Positions 19,301 to 29,012 of a DNA stretch of 64,000 bases are shown here, piece by piece; the first letter of the stretch is position 1; every line of letters starts with the position of its first letter. Origin of the DNA: SAR86 cluster bacterium AG-422-P06 (GTDB lineage Bacteria; Pseudomonadota; Gammaproteobacteria; Magnimaribacterales; TMED112); the NCBI GenBank assembly GCA_003213455.1, contig QCMX01000001.1, positions 67,497 through 131,496 of the forward strand, in the 5' to 3' direction. Made by a program: the position numbers and the translations under genes. A model generated the notes under the pieces. It searched no databases. It was not told the origin of the DNA and saw only the letters and a list, made by a program, of their open reading frames with translations.

Positions 19301-21841
19301 GTGCAAGAGTTTGCTAAAGAAGTCCTTTCTGTTGACATTAAAGAAGAGTTAAAAAAGTCCTATCTGGACTATGCAATGAGTGTCATTGTCGGCAGAGCAT
19401 TGCCTGATGCAAGAGATGGCATGAAACCGGTCCACAGAAGAATTCTCTATGCAATGCATAAGCTCTCAAATACCTATAATAAGCCAAATAAGAAATCTGC
19501 AAGGGTGGTTGGAGATGTTATTGGTAAATACCATCCTCATGGTGATACCGCTGTTTATGATGCTATCGTAAGAATGACTCAAGATTTTTCACTACGCTAC
19601 CCACTCATTCAAGGACAAGGAAATTTTGGAAGCATTGACGGTGATTCGGCAGCTGCTATGAGATATACAGAAATTCGAATGGAAAAGATTACAGATCAAA
19701 TCTTAGCCGATATTGAAAAAGAGACAGTTAGCTATTCACCAAACTATGATGGCACAGAAGATATTCCTGATGTGCTACCAACCAGAATACCAAATCTATT
19801 AATAAATGGTTCTTCAGGGATTGCTGTCGGCATGGCCACCAATATTCCGCCTCATAACCTAACTGAGGTTTTGGATGCATGTTTACACATTTTAGATAAT
19901 CCAGAATCAACAATAGACGATCTTCTAAAAATCGTTAAAGGACCTGATTTTCCTCTTGGAGGAATTATCACAGGGATAGATGGTATTGAACAAGCATATA
20001 GAACAGGACAAGGAAAGGTATATGTAAGAGGTAAAACTTCCTTTGAAGAAATGAAAGGCGGTAAGGAAGCAATAATTATCACTGAGATTCCTTTCATGGT
20101 TAATAAAGCAAGAATGCTGGAAAGAATTGCTGAGCTTGTAAAAGATAAGAAGCTAGAAGGAATTGGTGAAATCAGGGATGAGTCTGATAAAGATGGAATG
20201 AGAGTTGTTATTGAACTCAAGAAAGGTGAAGTACCTGAAGTAGTATTGAATAATCTAATTAAACATTCTCAACTTGAACAAGTATTTGGGATAAATAATG
20301 TAGTGCTTGTTGATGGAAAACCACAACTCTGCAACCTGCAACAATTATTAAATATTTTCTTAGAACATAGAAAAGATGTCATTACTAATAGGTCTCTTTT
20401 TGAGCTCAGACAAGCAAAGGAAAGAGGTCACATCGTTGAGGGACTTATTGTAGCAATTGCAAATATTGATGAAGTAATAGATATCATTAAAAAATCTGAG
20501 AATTCTAAGGTTGCAGCAGATAGTTTATGTGAAAGAAATTGGTCTGCATCAACAATTAAGCCTCTACTAGATAAGGTAGCTGATCCAGAAATTTGCAAAC
20601 CTGAAGGTTTGGAAGATGGGTTTGGTTTAAACGGCAAAGAATACAAACTTTCCCTGGTTCAAGCTAAAGCTATTCTAGAGTTAAGATTAAGCAGGCTGAC
20701 TGCACTGGAAACAGATAAGCTTAATGAGGAATATGAAGAATTAGTTAAGCAGATTAAGGCCTTGCAAGAAATACTTAATAACAAATCTAGGCTAGTCGAG
20801 GTGGTTAAAGAAGAGCTTAATGAAATTAAAGAAAATTTTGGAGATGAGAGAAGAACTGAAATTATCGAAAGAAGGTTAACTATTGATGATGCTGATTTAA
20901 TCCCGGAAGAAGAAAGAGTCTTCACTATATCCAATAATGGTTTTGTAAAAACACAACAACTTGCAGAATATAGGTCGCAACGAAGAGGTGGTGTTGGTAA
21001 AACGGCATCAGCATTAAGAGAAGAAGACTTTATCAAGCAAGTTTTAGTTCTAAATACACACGTTCAAGTCTTATGCTTCACCACTAAGGGTAAGGTTCAT
21101 TGGCTAGAGATATATAAGCTGCCAGTTATGTCTAGAACAGCAAAAGGAAGACCAATATCAAATGTATTGCCATTAGATGAAGATGAAAAAGTCACATCAT
21201 TCTTACCAGTAGAAGACTATAAAGACGGACATTTCATAATTATGGCTACAAAAAATGGTGTTGTTAAGAAAACAGCCCTTACAGCATTCCAAAAGAAATA
21301 TGCACCTGGTTTAAGAGCAATTAATCTTGATGAGGGAGACAAGCTTATTGGAACAATAATCACTGATGGCACGAATGAGGTTTGCTTGGCTTCTCAATCC
21401 GGCAAAGCAATTAGGTTCTTAGAGTCAGATGTTAGAGCAATGGGCAGATCAACACGTGGTGTCAGAGGAATGAATATTGCTAAAACCGATAAGGTTATTT
21501 CAATGATCAAAGTGATACCGGAAGCAAAACTTTTAACCTTAAGTGAAAATGGTTACGGAAAAAGAACTAATATCTCAGAGTTTAGTGGCCAAAAAAGAGG
21601 CGGAAAGGGTGTCATTGCTTTAAATACATCCACTAGAAATGGAAAAATGGTTGCCGCTGAACAAGTCTTGGATGGCGATGAAGTAATGCTTATTGGTAAT
21701 AAAGGCACAATGATCAGAACTAAAGTTGATCAAATCAGTGTTATTGGAAGAAACACGCAAGGTGTAAAAGTAGTAACAACAAGAGAAGCAGAAATGCTTG
21801 TTGATGCAGTAGGCTTTAAAGAAAGTCTAGATGAAGAATAG
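19301..21841 (+). CDS. gyrA: DNA gyrase subunit A
   Basis: 846 aa. N-terminus [33 protein letters not shown], plus AAAMRYTE, with a C-terminal beta-pinwheel repeat region. GTG start. Confidence 0.98.
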   Translation: MQEFAKEVLSVDIKEELKKSYLDYAMSVIVGRALPDARDGMKPVHRRILYAMHKLSNTYNKPNKKSARVVGDVIGKYHPHGDTAVYDAIVRMTQDFSLRYPLIQGQGNFGSIDGDSAAAMRYTEIRMEKITDQILADIEKETVSYSPNYDGTEDIPDVLPTRIPNLLINGSSGIAVGMATNIPPHNLTEVLDACLHILDNPESTIDDLLKIVKGPDFPLGGIITGIDGIEQAYRTGQGKVYVRGKTSFEEMKGGKEAIIITEIPFMVNKARMLERIAELVKDKKLEGIGEIRDESDKDGMRVVIELKKGEVPEVVLNNLIKHSQLEQVFGINNVVLVDGKPQLCNLQQLLNIFLEHRKDVITNRSLFELRQAKERGHIVEGLIVAIANIDEVIDIIKKSENSKVAADSLCERNWSASTIKPLLDKVADPEICKPEGLEDGFGLNGKEYKLSLVQAKAILELRLSRLTALETDKLNEEYEELVKQIKALQEILNNKSRLVEVVKEELNEIKENFGDERRTEIIERRLTIDDADLIPEEERVFTISNNGFVKTQQLAEYRSQRRGGVGKTASALREEDFIKQVLVLNTHVQVLCFTTKGKVHWLEIYKLPVMSRTAKGRPISNVLPLDEDEKVTSFLPVEDYKDGHFIIMATKNGVVKKTALTAFQKKYAPGLRAINLDEGDKLIGTIITDGTNEVCLASQSGKAIRFLESDVRAMGRSTRGVRGMNIAKTDKVISMIKVIPEAKLLTLSENGYGKRTNISEFSGQKRGGKGVIALNTSTRNGKMVAAEQVLDGDEVMLIGNKGTMIRTKVDQISVIGRNTQGVKVVTTREAEMLVDAVGFKESLDEE

Positions 21842-22913
21842 AATTCACAATTTTAGTGCTGGTCCAGCAACACTTCCTTTAGAAGTCTTGGAAGAAGTAA
21901 AAGCAGAGCTCCTAGATTTCAATGGCATTGGCTCATCAATTATTGAGATTAGCCATCGCGATAAAACATTTAAAGAATTAGCCACCAATGCTGAGGCCTC
22001 AGTGAGAAAACTGCTATCAGTTCCTGAGTCTTATGATGTAATTTTTATGCAAGGTGGAGCTACCTTACAATTTTCACTAATCCCTATGAATTTTGCACAC
22101 TTAGGGGAGACCGCAAATTTTGCTGAGATAGGATCTTGGTCTTCAAAAGCTATTAAAGAAGCATCAAAAGTCTGTGATTTAAATATCTGCACTTCTTCTG
22201 TGGAGAATAATTTTACAAGTATAAAAGCTTTAGCTGATTGGGATATCAAAGAAAAATCTTCTTTAGTGCACTACTGCCAAAATGAAACAATACAAGGTAT
22301 AAGGGTTACAGAAGAACCAAATTTTGAGCCTTACTCATTCGTAGATATGTCTTCATGTCTTTTCTCAGAAAACATCGATGTATCAAAATACGATTTCATC
22401 TATGCTTGTGCTCAAAAAAACTTCGGACCTTCTGGAATAACTCTAGTTATAGCTAAAAAAGAATTAATAGAAAAATCTAATACTGGCCTACCCAATATAT
22501 TGCGTTATGACGCACATGCTAAAGAAGCATCTATGTTAAATACTCCGAATACTTTTGGCTGGTATGTTGCTGGAAAAATGTTTGATTGGTATTTGAAAAT
22601 GGGAGGCATAAAGGAGATGGAAGTTCAAAGCAAAAAGAAATCTGGAGTTTTGTATGACCTAATTGATAGCTCAAGCTTCTACCATAATCCAGTAGATGTA
22701 GCACAGAGATCAATCTGTAACGTAGTCTTTACCTTGGAGAACCCTGAGCTTGAAAATGCTTTTTTAGAAGAGGCCTCCTCAGAAGGACTAGAGTACTTAA
22801 AAGGACATCGAACAGTAGGCGGCATGAGAGCGAGCATATATAATCCAATGAAGATGGATTCTATTCTTGCGTTGAAAGAATTCATGGTAAATTTTGAAAA
22901 AAAATATGGATGA
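21831..22913 (+). CDS. serC: phosphoserine aminotransferase
   Basis: 360 aa. N-terminus FSAGPATLP, followed by NETIQG and AQKNFGPSG (PLP Lys) motifs. gyrA-serC order. Confidence 0.93.
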   Translation: MKNRIHNFSAGPATLPLEVLEEVKAELLDFNGIGSSIIEISHRDKTFKELATNAEASVRKLLSVPESYDVIFMQGGATLQFSLIPMNFAHLGETANFAEIGSWSSKAIKEASKVCDLNICTSSVENNFTSIKALADWDIKEKSSLVHYCQNETIQGIRVTEEPNFEPYSFVDMSSCLFSENIDVSKYDFIYACAQKNFGPSGITLVIAKKELIEKSNTGLPNILRYDAHAKEASMLNTPNTFGWYVAGKMFDWYLKMGGIKEMEVQSKKKSGVLYDLIDSSSFYHNPVDVAQRSICNVVFTLENPELENAFLEEASSEGLEYLKGHRTVGGMRASIYNPMKMDSILALKEFMVNFEKKYG

Positions 22914-23178
22914 TGAAAAAGCTCTTTTATTTATAAGGGAAGAAATAGATTCAATTGATTCAGAAATAATAGCTTTACTGGAATCAAGGCTGAATCTTTC
23001 TTTGCAAATAGGTAATGTAAAAAGGAATCTTGGAAAAGAACTTCACGATGATGAAAGAGAGGAATTAATACTTAAAAAGATAGATGAATTAGCAATTCTT
23101 TATCCCAAAGAAGATTTGAAATCTATATTTTTAGAAATAATGAAGACTTCATTAAGCGTTCAACAACCAGATGAGTAA
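22906..23178 (+). CDS. chorismate mutase (stand-alone AroQ/CM_2 domain)
   Basis: About 90 aa. REEIDSIDSEIIALLESRLNLSLQIGNVKR is typical of CM type 2. ATG at 22906 (the ORF-track TTG at 22894 is the alternative). No prephenate dehydratase domain follows. Confidence 0.8.
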   Translation: MDDEKALLFIREEIDSIDSEIIALLESRLNLSLQIGNVKRNLGKELHDDEREELILKKIDELAILYPKEDLKSIFLEIMKTSLSVQQPDE

Positions 23179-23893
23179 GAAGATTCTAATTGTAGGTTCA
23201 GGTTTTATGGGTACATCCATAGCTCTAGCCCTTGATCAGAAAGATATTTGTTGTGTGGAGGAAGATCACGAATATCAAAGAATTTTAAAGAATAAATCTA
23301 TTTATGATGAGGTATTCAGCTCTTATGGAAGTGTTTCAGGTGCTTACGATTTAATCATTATCTGCACAAGGCAAGCCGAAGCTCTGCGCAGTATTTTATA
23401 TTTTTGTGAACGTTTCCCAGAATCATTAGTAACAGATATTTCTAGTTCTAAAAATTTTCTTGTAAACCAAGAATTGCCCAAAAATTTTATTTCATCTCAC
23501 CCAATATGCGGAAGCCATAAAGTGGGACCAGATAATGCGGAAGCAGGCTTACTTAAAGATAAAGAAGTAATAATTCTGAACCATACAGGCAATAATGATA
23601 CCGAAGATTTAAAAGATTTTTGGCATAGTCTTGGTGCAAATACCTCTGAGATGACTTTAGATGAGCATGATATACATTATGCATACCTAAGTCATTTCCC
23701 GCATTTTTTTAGCTTTTTGTATAAAGAGATTTTAGAAGAGGAAGGTATTGATTATCAAAAATACTCTGGTGATAGTATGAAAGAAATTTTGCGCTTAGCA
23801 AAAGCAGACAGAGATCTTTGGAATGAAATATTTTCCGACAATAAAGCAAACCTTGATATGTTGAAGGAAAAAATTAAGAAAAAATTATTGTGA
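23171..23893 (+). CDS. tyrA: prephenate/arogenate dehydrogenase
   Basis: 240 aa. N-terminal Rossmann motif ILIVGSGFMGTSIALAL. Catalytic region SSHPICGS. Position between chorismate mutase and aroA. Confidence 0.8.
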   Translation: MSKKILIVGSGFMGTSIALALDQKDICCVEEDHEYQRILKNKSIYDEVFSSYGSVSGAYDLIIICTRQAEALRSILYFCERFPESLVTDISSSKNFLVNQELPKNFISSHPICGSHKVGPDNAEAGLLKDKEVIILNHTGNNDTEDLKDFWHSLGANTSEMTLDEHDIHYAYLSHFPHFFSFLYKEILEEEGIDYQKYSGDSMKEILRLAKADRDLWNEIFSDNKANLDMLKEKIKKKLL

Positions 23894-25071
23894 ACTTCTT
23901 GCCAAAAGATAAATCAATTGCGCAAAGATGTGCTGTTTTGGGCTTAGATTTCAATCAAGATTATATTGGCGAAGATGTAAAAAGCACCATAGTAGCCGTG
24001 AAGCAATTCAACGAAAATTTAGGTTCAACTACCTTGGACTTAGGTAACTCTGGAACAGGAATTAGGCTCTTAAGTGGCTATATTGCTGGATCTGGTAAAG
24101 ATTGTACCTTAACAGGAGATAAATCTTTATCTCAAAGACCTATGAATAGAATTGCTGAGCCATTAAACAGTTGGGGAGCTGAAGTAAGCCTTAAAGAGCA
24201 AAAATTTCCTCCTATTGTAATTAAAGGCACAAAGTTATTGCCTGAATTTACATACAATCTAACAATACCAAGTGCTCAAATTAAATCATGTTTGCTTTTA
24301 GCAGCACTCTCTTCAAAAACTAAAATTACCATTGTTGAAAATATCCCATCCAGAGATCATACCGAAAGAATGCTTGAAGAGTGTGGAGCTGATATAAAAC
24401 GAGATGGAAACAAAATCATCTTAGATGGCAGCATAGAGATAAAAAAGAAATTCATTGATGTTCCCAAAGATTTTTCATCTGCTGCCTATTTGATTGCAGC
24501 AAATATTCTTAGTAAAAAAAATATCTTACTAGAAGGTGTAGGTGTAAATAGTACAAGAACAGCTTTTCTAGACGTTGTTCAGGAAATGGGTGGCAATGTC
24601 GTGCTGAAGAACATTAAAAATATTACTAATGAGCCAAGAGCTGATATTGAATCAAATGCTAAGCAAGAATTAAAAGGGATAAGTATTCAAGGTAAAAAAA
24701 TACCAAACCTTATTGATGAAATTCCACTTATTGCAATTATGGGGTTATTTGCCAAAGGCCAAACCATAGTGAGAGATGCAAAGGAATTAAGATTTAAAGA
24801 ATCTGACAGAATAAGTCTGCTACTATCAAATATTAAGAAGTTTGATCCTAAGTCAACTATTACTGAATATGAAGATGGTTTTGATATTAATCCTTCAAAT
24901 AGTTTAGATACAAACCCAGTCAATATTGAGACAGGAGGTGATCATAGGATTATTATGAGTTTTATGATTGCATCGTTAGGTAGTGGTAAAAAAGTCATAT
25001 TTGATGAAACAAGCTCTGTAGAGACTTCTTTCCCAGGATTTTTTGAGGTTTTAAAAGAATGGTACCAATAG
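23890..25071 (+). CDS. aroA: 3-phosphoshikimate 1-carboxyvinyltransferase (EPSP synthase)
   Basis: 393 aa. Motifs LPKDKSIAQR, LGNSGTGIRLL, ELRFKESDRI, GDHRIIMSF. GTG start in a GTGA overlap with the tyrA stop. The N-terminus is short relative to stand-alone EPSPS. Confidence 0.9.
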   Translation: MNFLPKDKSIAQRCAVLGLDFNQDYIGEDVKSTIVAVKQFNENLGSTTLDLGNSGTGIRLLSGYIAGSGKDCTLTGDKSLSQRPMNRIAEPLNSWGAEVSLKEQKFPPIVIKGTKLLPEFTYNLTIPSAQIKSCLLLAALSSKTKITIVENIPSRDHTERMLEECGADIKRDGNKIILDGSIEIKKKFIDVPKDFSSAAYLIAANILSKKNILLEGVGVNSTRTAFLDVVQEMGGNVVLKNIKNITNEPRADIESNAKQELKGISIQGKKIPNLIDEIPLIAIMGLFAKGQTIVRDAKELRFKESDRISLLLSNIKKFDPKSTITEYEDGFDINPSNSLDTNPVNIETGGDHRIIMSFMIASLGSGKKVIFDETSSVETSFPGFFEVLKEWYQ

Positions 25072-25700
25072 TAACAATTGATGGACCATCAGGTTCAGGT
25101 AAAGGAACTATATCTAAGTCCTTAGCACTAGAATTGGGCTGGAATTATTTAGATAGTGGGTTAATTTATAGATGCTATGCATTTTTGCACTCTAGCAAGG
25201 TAGAAAATATTCCAAATGAGATAGAAAAAATTCAACACAATTATAGCTTGGAACATGAGTCGATTACCTATCAAGGCAAAGACATTACAGATTTAATCAG
25301 AGGTTCAGAAATCACAAAACTATCTTCAGAACTCTCGCAAAAAGAAGAAGTTAGATCAAGGCTCACCATGATACAAGAGACATATAGAAAGCTACCTGGG
25401 CTAGTAGCAGAAGGTCGTGATATGTCTTCAAAGCTCTTTCCGGATTCATTGGTAAAAATATTTTTAACCGCCAATCTTGAAGAAAGGGTAATGAGAAGAG
25501 CAAATCAGTTGAGAAATGCTGGACAAAAGGTTAATATCTCTGAACTCAAAAATGAGATTGAACTTAGAGACGAGAGAGATACTAAAAGATCACATTCTCC
25601 ACTTAAACAAACTCAAGATTCTACCCTCATTGACAGTTCTAGTAGGACTGTAAGAGAAATTACAAATTTGATAATAAAATTAGTTAATGAAAAGTACTGA
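25059..25700 (+). CDS. cmk: cytidylate kinase
   Basis: 213 aa. P-loop IDGPSGSGKGT, plus LDSGLIYR and EGRDMSS. Confidence 0.93.
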   Translation: MVPIVTIDGPSGSGKGTISKSLALELGWNYLDSGLIYRCYAFLHSSKVENIPNEIEKIQHNYSLEHESITYQGKDITDLIRGSEITKLSSELSQKEEVRSRLTMIQETYRKLPGLVAEGRDMSSKLFPDSLVKIFLTANLEERVMRRANQLRNAGQKVNISELKNEIELRDERDTKRSHSPLKQTQDSTLIDSSSRTVREITNLIIKLVNEKY

Positions 25701-27000
25701 AAATACATTAAAAGATTTGCTTGATAAAAGTTTTAGCGAGTTTAATCTAGTTCAAGGATCATTGGTGAAAGCTAATGTTGTCGAAATTGGAAAAAAATGG
25801 GTAACTTTAGACATCGGTTTTAAATCCGATGGATTAGTTTCAATTGAAGAATTCCAAGATCATACAAGTAAATTAGTTGTAGAAATTGGAGATCAAGTAG
25901 AAGTGATGCTTGACGCTCTAGATGATGGATTTGGTGAAATCAGACTATCTCGTGAAAAAGCTAGAAAGCAAGAAACTTGGGATAAATTAGAATCAGCACA
26001 TTCCGATGGTGAATATGTTGTAGGTAAAGTTGTCAATAAAGTAAAAGGTGGTTTCACAGTATTTGTTGATGTCGTAAAAGCATTCCTACCTGGTTCATTA
26101 ATTGATCCAAAAGGGGGTAAGGATTATCCAGACCTAACCGGACAAACACTAGATTTCAAAGTAATGAAATTTGATAAGAAAAGATCAAATATTGTTCTCT
26201 CCAGAAAAGCTGTATTACAAGAACAAAACTCAGAAGAAAGAGAAAGATTGCTCAGCATTATTAAAGAGGGCGAAAAGATTGAAGGTACAATTAAGAATTT
26301 AACTGATTATGGTGCTTTTGTTGATCTTGGTGGTTTAGATGGCTTGCTACATATCACTGACTTGTCTTGGAAGAGAGTAATGCATCCAAAAGAAGTTTTG
26401 AATGTTGGTGACAAGATGGAATTGTTGGTCTTATCTTTCGATGAAGAAAAAATGAGAGTGTCTCTAGGTTTAAAACAATTATCAGAAGATCCATGGAAAG
26501 ATATCGAAAGCAGATACCATGTTGGGCAAGTTGTTGCAGGTGAAGTTGCCTTAACAACTGACTATGGTTGCTTTATAAAACTAGATGATAATATTGAAGG
26601 TTTAGTACACATTACCGACTTAGATTGGAAAAATAAAAATATTAATCCAGCCTCAATACTAGAAAAAGGCGACAAAATTGACGTCAAGGTAATGGAAATA
26701 GACCTAGAGGAAAGAAAAGTTTCACTGAGTAGAAAACACACTACAGAGAACCCATGGAAGGAGTTTGAAGACAAGCATAATAATGGTGATATCTTGGAAG
26801 CTCTTAAAATCAAATCAGTAACAGATTTCGGTGTTTTTGTTGAGCTAGATGGCGGTATAGACGGTCTAATTCACCATTCTGAAATAGAAGTTGGCACACA
26901 AACAATTCAAGATTTATATAAAGTTGGCGAAGAAGTTACAGTATCCATAAGTGGCATGGATTCAGAACGTGAAAGAATTTCTTTGACTCTTGTTTCCTAG
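25687..27000 (+). CDS. rpsA: 30S ribosomal protein S1 (five S1 domains)
   Basis: 437 aa, collinear with E. coli S1 through domain 5 (KNLTDYGAFVDLGGLDGLLHITD; LTTDYGCFIKLDDNIEGLVHITD; SVTDFGVFVELDGGIDGLIHHSE). Ends at ...SERERISLTLVS. Confidence 0.93.
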   Translation: MKSTENTLKDLLDKSFSEFNLVQGSLVKANVVEIGKKWVTLDIGFKSDGLVSIEEFQDHTSKLVVEIGDQVEVMLDALDDGFGEIRLSREKARKQETWDKLESAHSDGEYVVGKVVNKVKGGFTVFVDVVKAFLPGSLIDPKGGKDYPDLTGQTLDFKVMKFDKKRSNIVLSRKAVLQEQNSEERERLLSIIKEGEKIEGTIKNLTDYGAFVDLGGLDGLLHITDLSWKRVMHPKEVLNVGDKMELLVLSFDEEKMRVSLGLKQLSEDPWKDIESRYHVGQVVAGEVALTTDYGCFIKLDDNIEGLVHITDLDWKNKNINPASILEKGDKIDVKVMEIDLEERKVSLSRKHTTENPWKEFEDKHNNGDILEALKIKSVTDFGVFVELDGGIDGLIHHSEIEVGTQTIQDLYKVGEEVTVSISGMDSERERISLTLVS

Positions 27001-27033
27001 TAAATCGCCGGTCTTTTAAATACAATTCAAGTT

Positions 27034-27687
27034 ATGTCTAGTAAAAGACTTATTGTTGCCTTAGATTTCAAAAATTTTGATGAAATGTCAGAATTTGTAG
27101 TACGTTTAGATCCAAATTCATGCGTCGTAAAAGTTGGCTTGCAGTTATTTATTTCTGAGGGCAATAAAGTATTAGATTTTTTGAGTGCAAAAGGATTTGA
27201 AATTTTCTTGGATCTCAAACTTCATGACATTCCTAATACTGTTAATAAAGCCATTGAGGAGATAGCTCAATTTAATGTCTTGATGACAACTATACATCTG
27301 CAGGGAGGCATGGAAATGATTGCTGCTGCAAATCAAGCTAAAGGAAATACAAAAATCTTAGGGGTTAGTTTGTTAACTAGCTTAGACGAAAGTGACACTC
27401 AAATGCTTTATAACAATAATTTCAATATTCAGTTCAATAATTTAATAAATGTTGCAGAAAAATCTGAAGTAGATGGCATCGTCTGTAGCTCTATGGAATT
27501 AGCTTTATTGTCTGACAGCAATTTAATAAAAGTTGTCCCAGGTATCCGAAACCTGAAGCAAATAGATGATCAAAAAAGAGTAATGACTTCCAAAGAAGCT
27601 TATAAAAATGGAGCCAGCTATATTGTAGTGGGCAGACCAATTACGCAAGCTAACAATATTGAAGAGGCAATCAAAGAGTATTCATGA
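27034..27687 (+). CDS. pyrF: orotidine-5'-phosphate decarboxylase
   Basis: 217 aa. Motifs LIVALDF, KVGLQLF, FLDLKLHDIPNTV, VVGRPIT. Confidence 0.93.
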   Translation: MSSKRLIVALDFKNFDEMSEFVVRLDPNSCVVKVGLQLFISEGNKVLDFLSAKGFEIFLDLKLHDIPNTVNKAIEEIAQFNVLMTTIHLQGGMEMIAAANQAKGNTKILGVSLLTSLDESDTQMLYNNNFNIQFNNLINVAEKSEVDGIVCSSMELALLSDSNLIKVVPGIRNLKQIDDQKRVMTSKEAYKNGASYIVVGRPITQANNIEEAIKEYS

Positions 27688-29012
27688 AATATACTGAATT
27701 TTTAAGTCAATTCTCAAATAAGAGTCTCACACAAACATTAAGTAGAAGTTTTTCTACAAAAAAACTTAATATTGATCAATCTTCTTTGAATGTAGATGAA
27801 AAAGTCTTTGGCCTGTTTGAAGAGTATGCCAAAAATAATAACTTCATTGAAAAATTCAATGAGCTGATGGATGGCCAGAGGCTAAATAACACTGAAAACA
27901 GAGAAGTTACTCATTTTAAATATAGAAATACTGGATCAGACATTTATGAAGCAAGCCTAGATAAAATGGAAGCATTGGCTTCTGAAATAAAAGATAACTA
28001 TAAGAAGATTCTTATTTTTGGTATTGGTGGGTCTTATTTAGGTCCAAAGTTAATGGAAGATATATTCTCATCAAAAGAATTAGAAATAGATTTCATCACA
28101 GGAAGTGACCCTTCTGAATATGAAAAATATGCAGAGCAAGATTTATCGGATTGCGCTTTTGTCATTACATCAAAATCCTTTTCAACAATTGAGACATTGA
28201 CTAGTTACGATGCAATTACCAAAGGAAAACTATTGGATCAAACTTATGCAGTAACTTCAGTAGTTAAAAAAGCTGAAACTTTTGGTATAAGTTCAAATAA
28301 TATTGCAGAAATAGATATAGGAGCTGGTGGACGATTCTCTATTTGGTCGGCAGTAAACCTTGGTCTTTTTATAAGATTAGGCAGAGATGGCTTCAAGGAT
28401 TTTTTGAAAGGCGGCAAAGCAATAGACGATCTCAGCAGCTCGAATATTGAAAACAATCCAGCTCTATCTTTAGCCATCCAAGATTTAATCACGAATAATT
28501 TGTTGCAGATGGATTCAACATTAATACTCAACTACGACTATAAATTGCGTAATTTTCCTTCTTATATCCAGCAACTAGAAATGGAATCTTTGGGTAAAAG
28601 CGTTGATAGAGATACTGGGGAATCTCTCTCCTACGAAACTGGCTCCATAGTTTGGGGTGGCTATGGACCTAGATCGCAACATTCTTTCTTCCAACACCTC
28701 TTCCAAGGCACAAAGGAAGCAAATACCTATTTTATTGTTTCAAAAACAGATAATTTAAATTTTAAACAGTTTAAGGGCCAGACAGCATCACTTATGTCAG
28801 GCAATGATAATGAGCCAGACCTACATAAAAAAGTAACTAAAAGAAGATTCTCTTCTTTAGTCTTGGAAGATCTATCTCCAGAATCAATTGGTGAGCTAAT
28901 TGCAATTTGGGAAAATAAAACCATATTCATGAGTATGTTTTGGAACATTAACCCTTTCGATCAATGGGGGGTTGAGCTAGGTAAAATTAATACCAAGAAA
29001 GAAATTGAATAA
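27684..29012 (+). CDS. pgi: glucose-6-phosphate isomerase (short form)
   Basis: 442 aa. Motifs NTENREVTHFKYR, GIGGSYLGP, SKSFSTIET, FDQWGVELGK. Confidence 0.88.
   Translation: MKYTEFLSQFSNKSLTQTLSRSFSTKKLNIDQSSLNVDEKVFGLFEEYAKNNNFIEKFNELMDGQRLNNTENREVTHFKYRNTGSDIYEASLDKMEALASEIKDNYKKILIFGIGGSYLGPKLMEDIFSSKELEIDFITGSDPSEYEKYAEQDLSDCAFVITSKSFSTIETLTSYDAITKGKLLDQTYAVTSVVKKAETFGISSNNIAEIDIGAGGRFSIWSAVNLGLFIRLGRDGFKDFLKGGKAIDDLSSSNIENNPALSLAIQDLITNNLLQMDSTLILNYDYKLRNFPSYIQQLEMESLGKSVDRDTGESLSYETGSIVWGGYGPRSQHSFFQHLFQGTKEANTYFIVSKTDNLNFKQFKGQTASLMSGNDNEPDLHKKVTKRRFSSLVLEDLSPESIGELIAIWENKTIFMSMFWNINPFDQWGVELGKINTKKEIE

Noticed and set aside
19728-21036. Antisense ORFs of 61-125 aa inside gyrA (19728-19913, 19852-20220, 20428-20646, 20659-21036). 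Similar antisense ORFs lie inside dxs (2705-3022), uvrC (29901-30332), the NT-cupin/ahcY junction (36814-37170), the epimerase/ugd pair (42383-42751), GT4 (48889-49380), wzc (53327-54265) and the DnaT-like gene (9582-9887).
   Set aside because: All lie opposite strongly supported genes. They encode Ser/Leu/Ile-rich low-complexity sequences with no recognisable motifs. They are typical shadow ORFs of the antisense frame.
23171-25071. tyrA/aroA as a frameshifted pseudogene of a fused TyrA-AroA
   Set aside because: Both frames are intact with all catalytic motifs. The GTGA 4-nt overlap is the same coupling style seen throughout the window. I therefore treat them as two functional genes, while noting the resemblance to the fusion.
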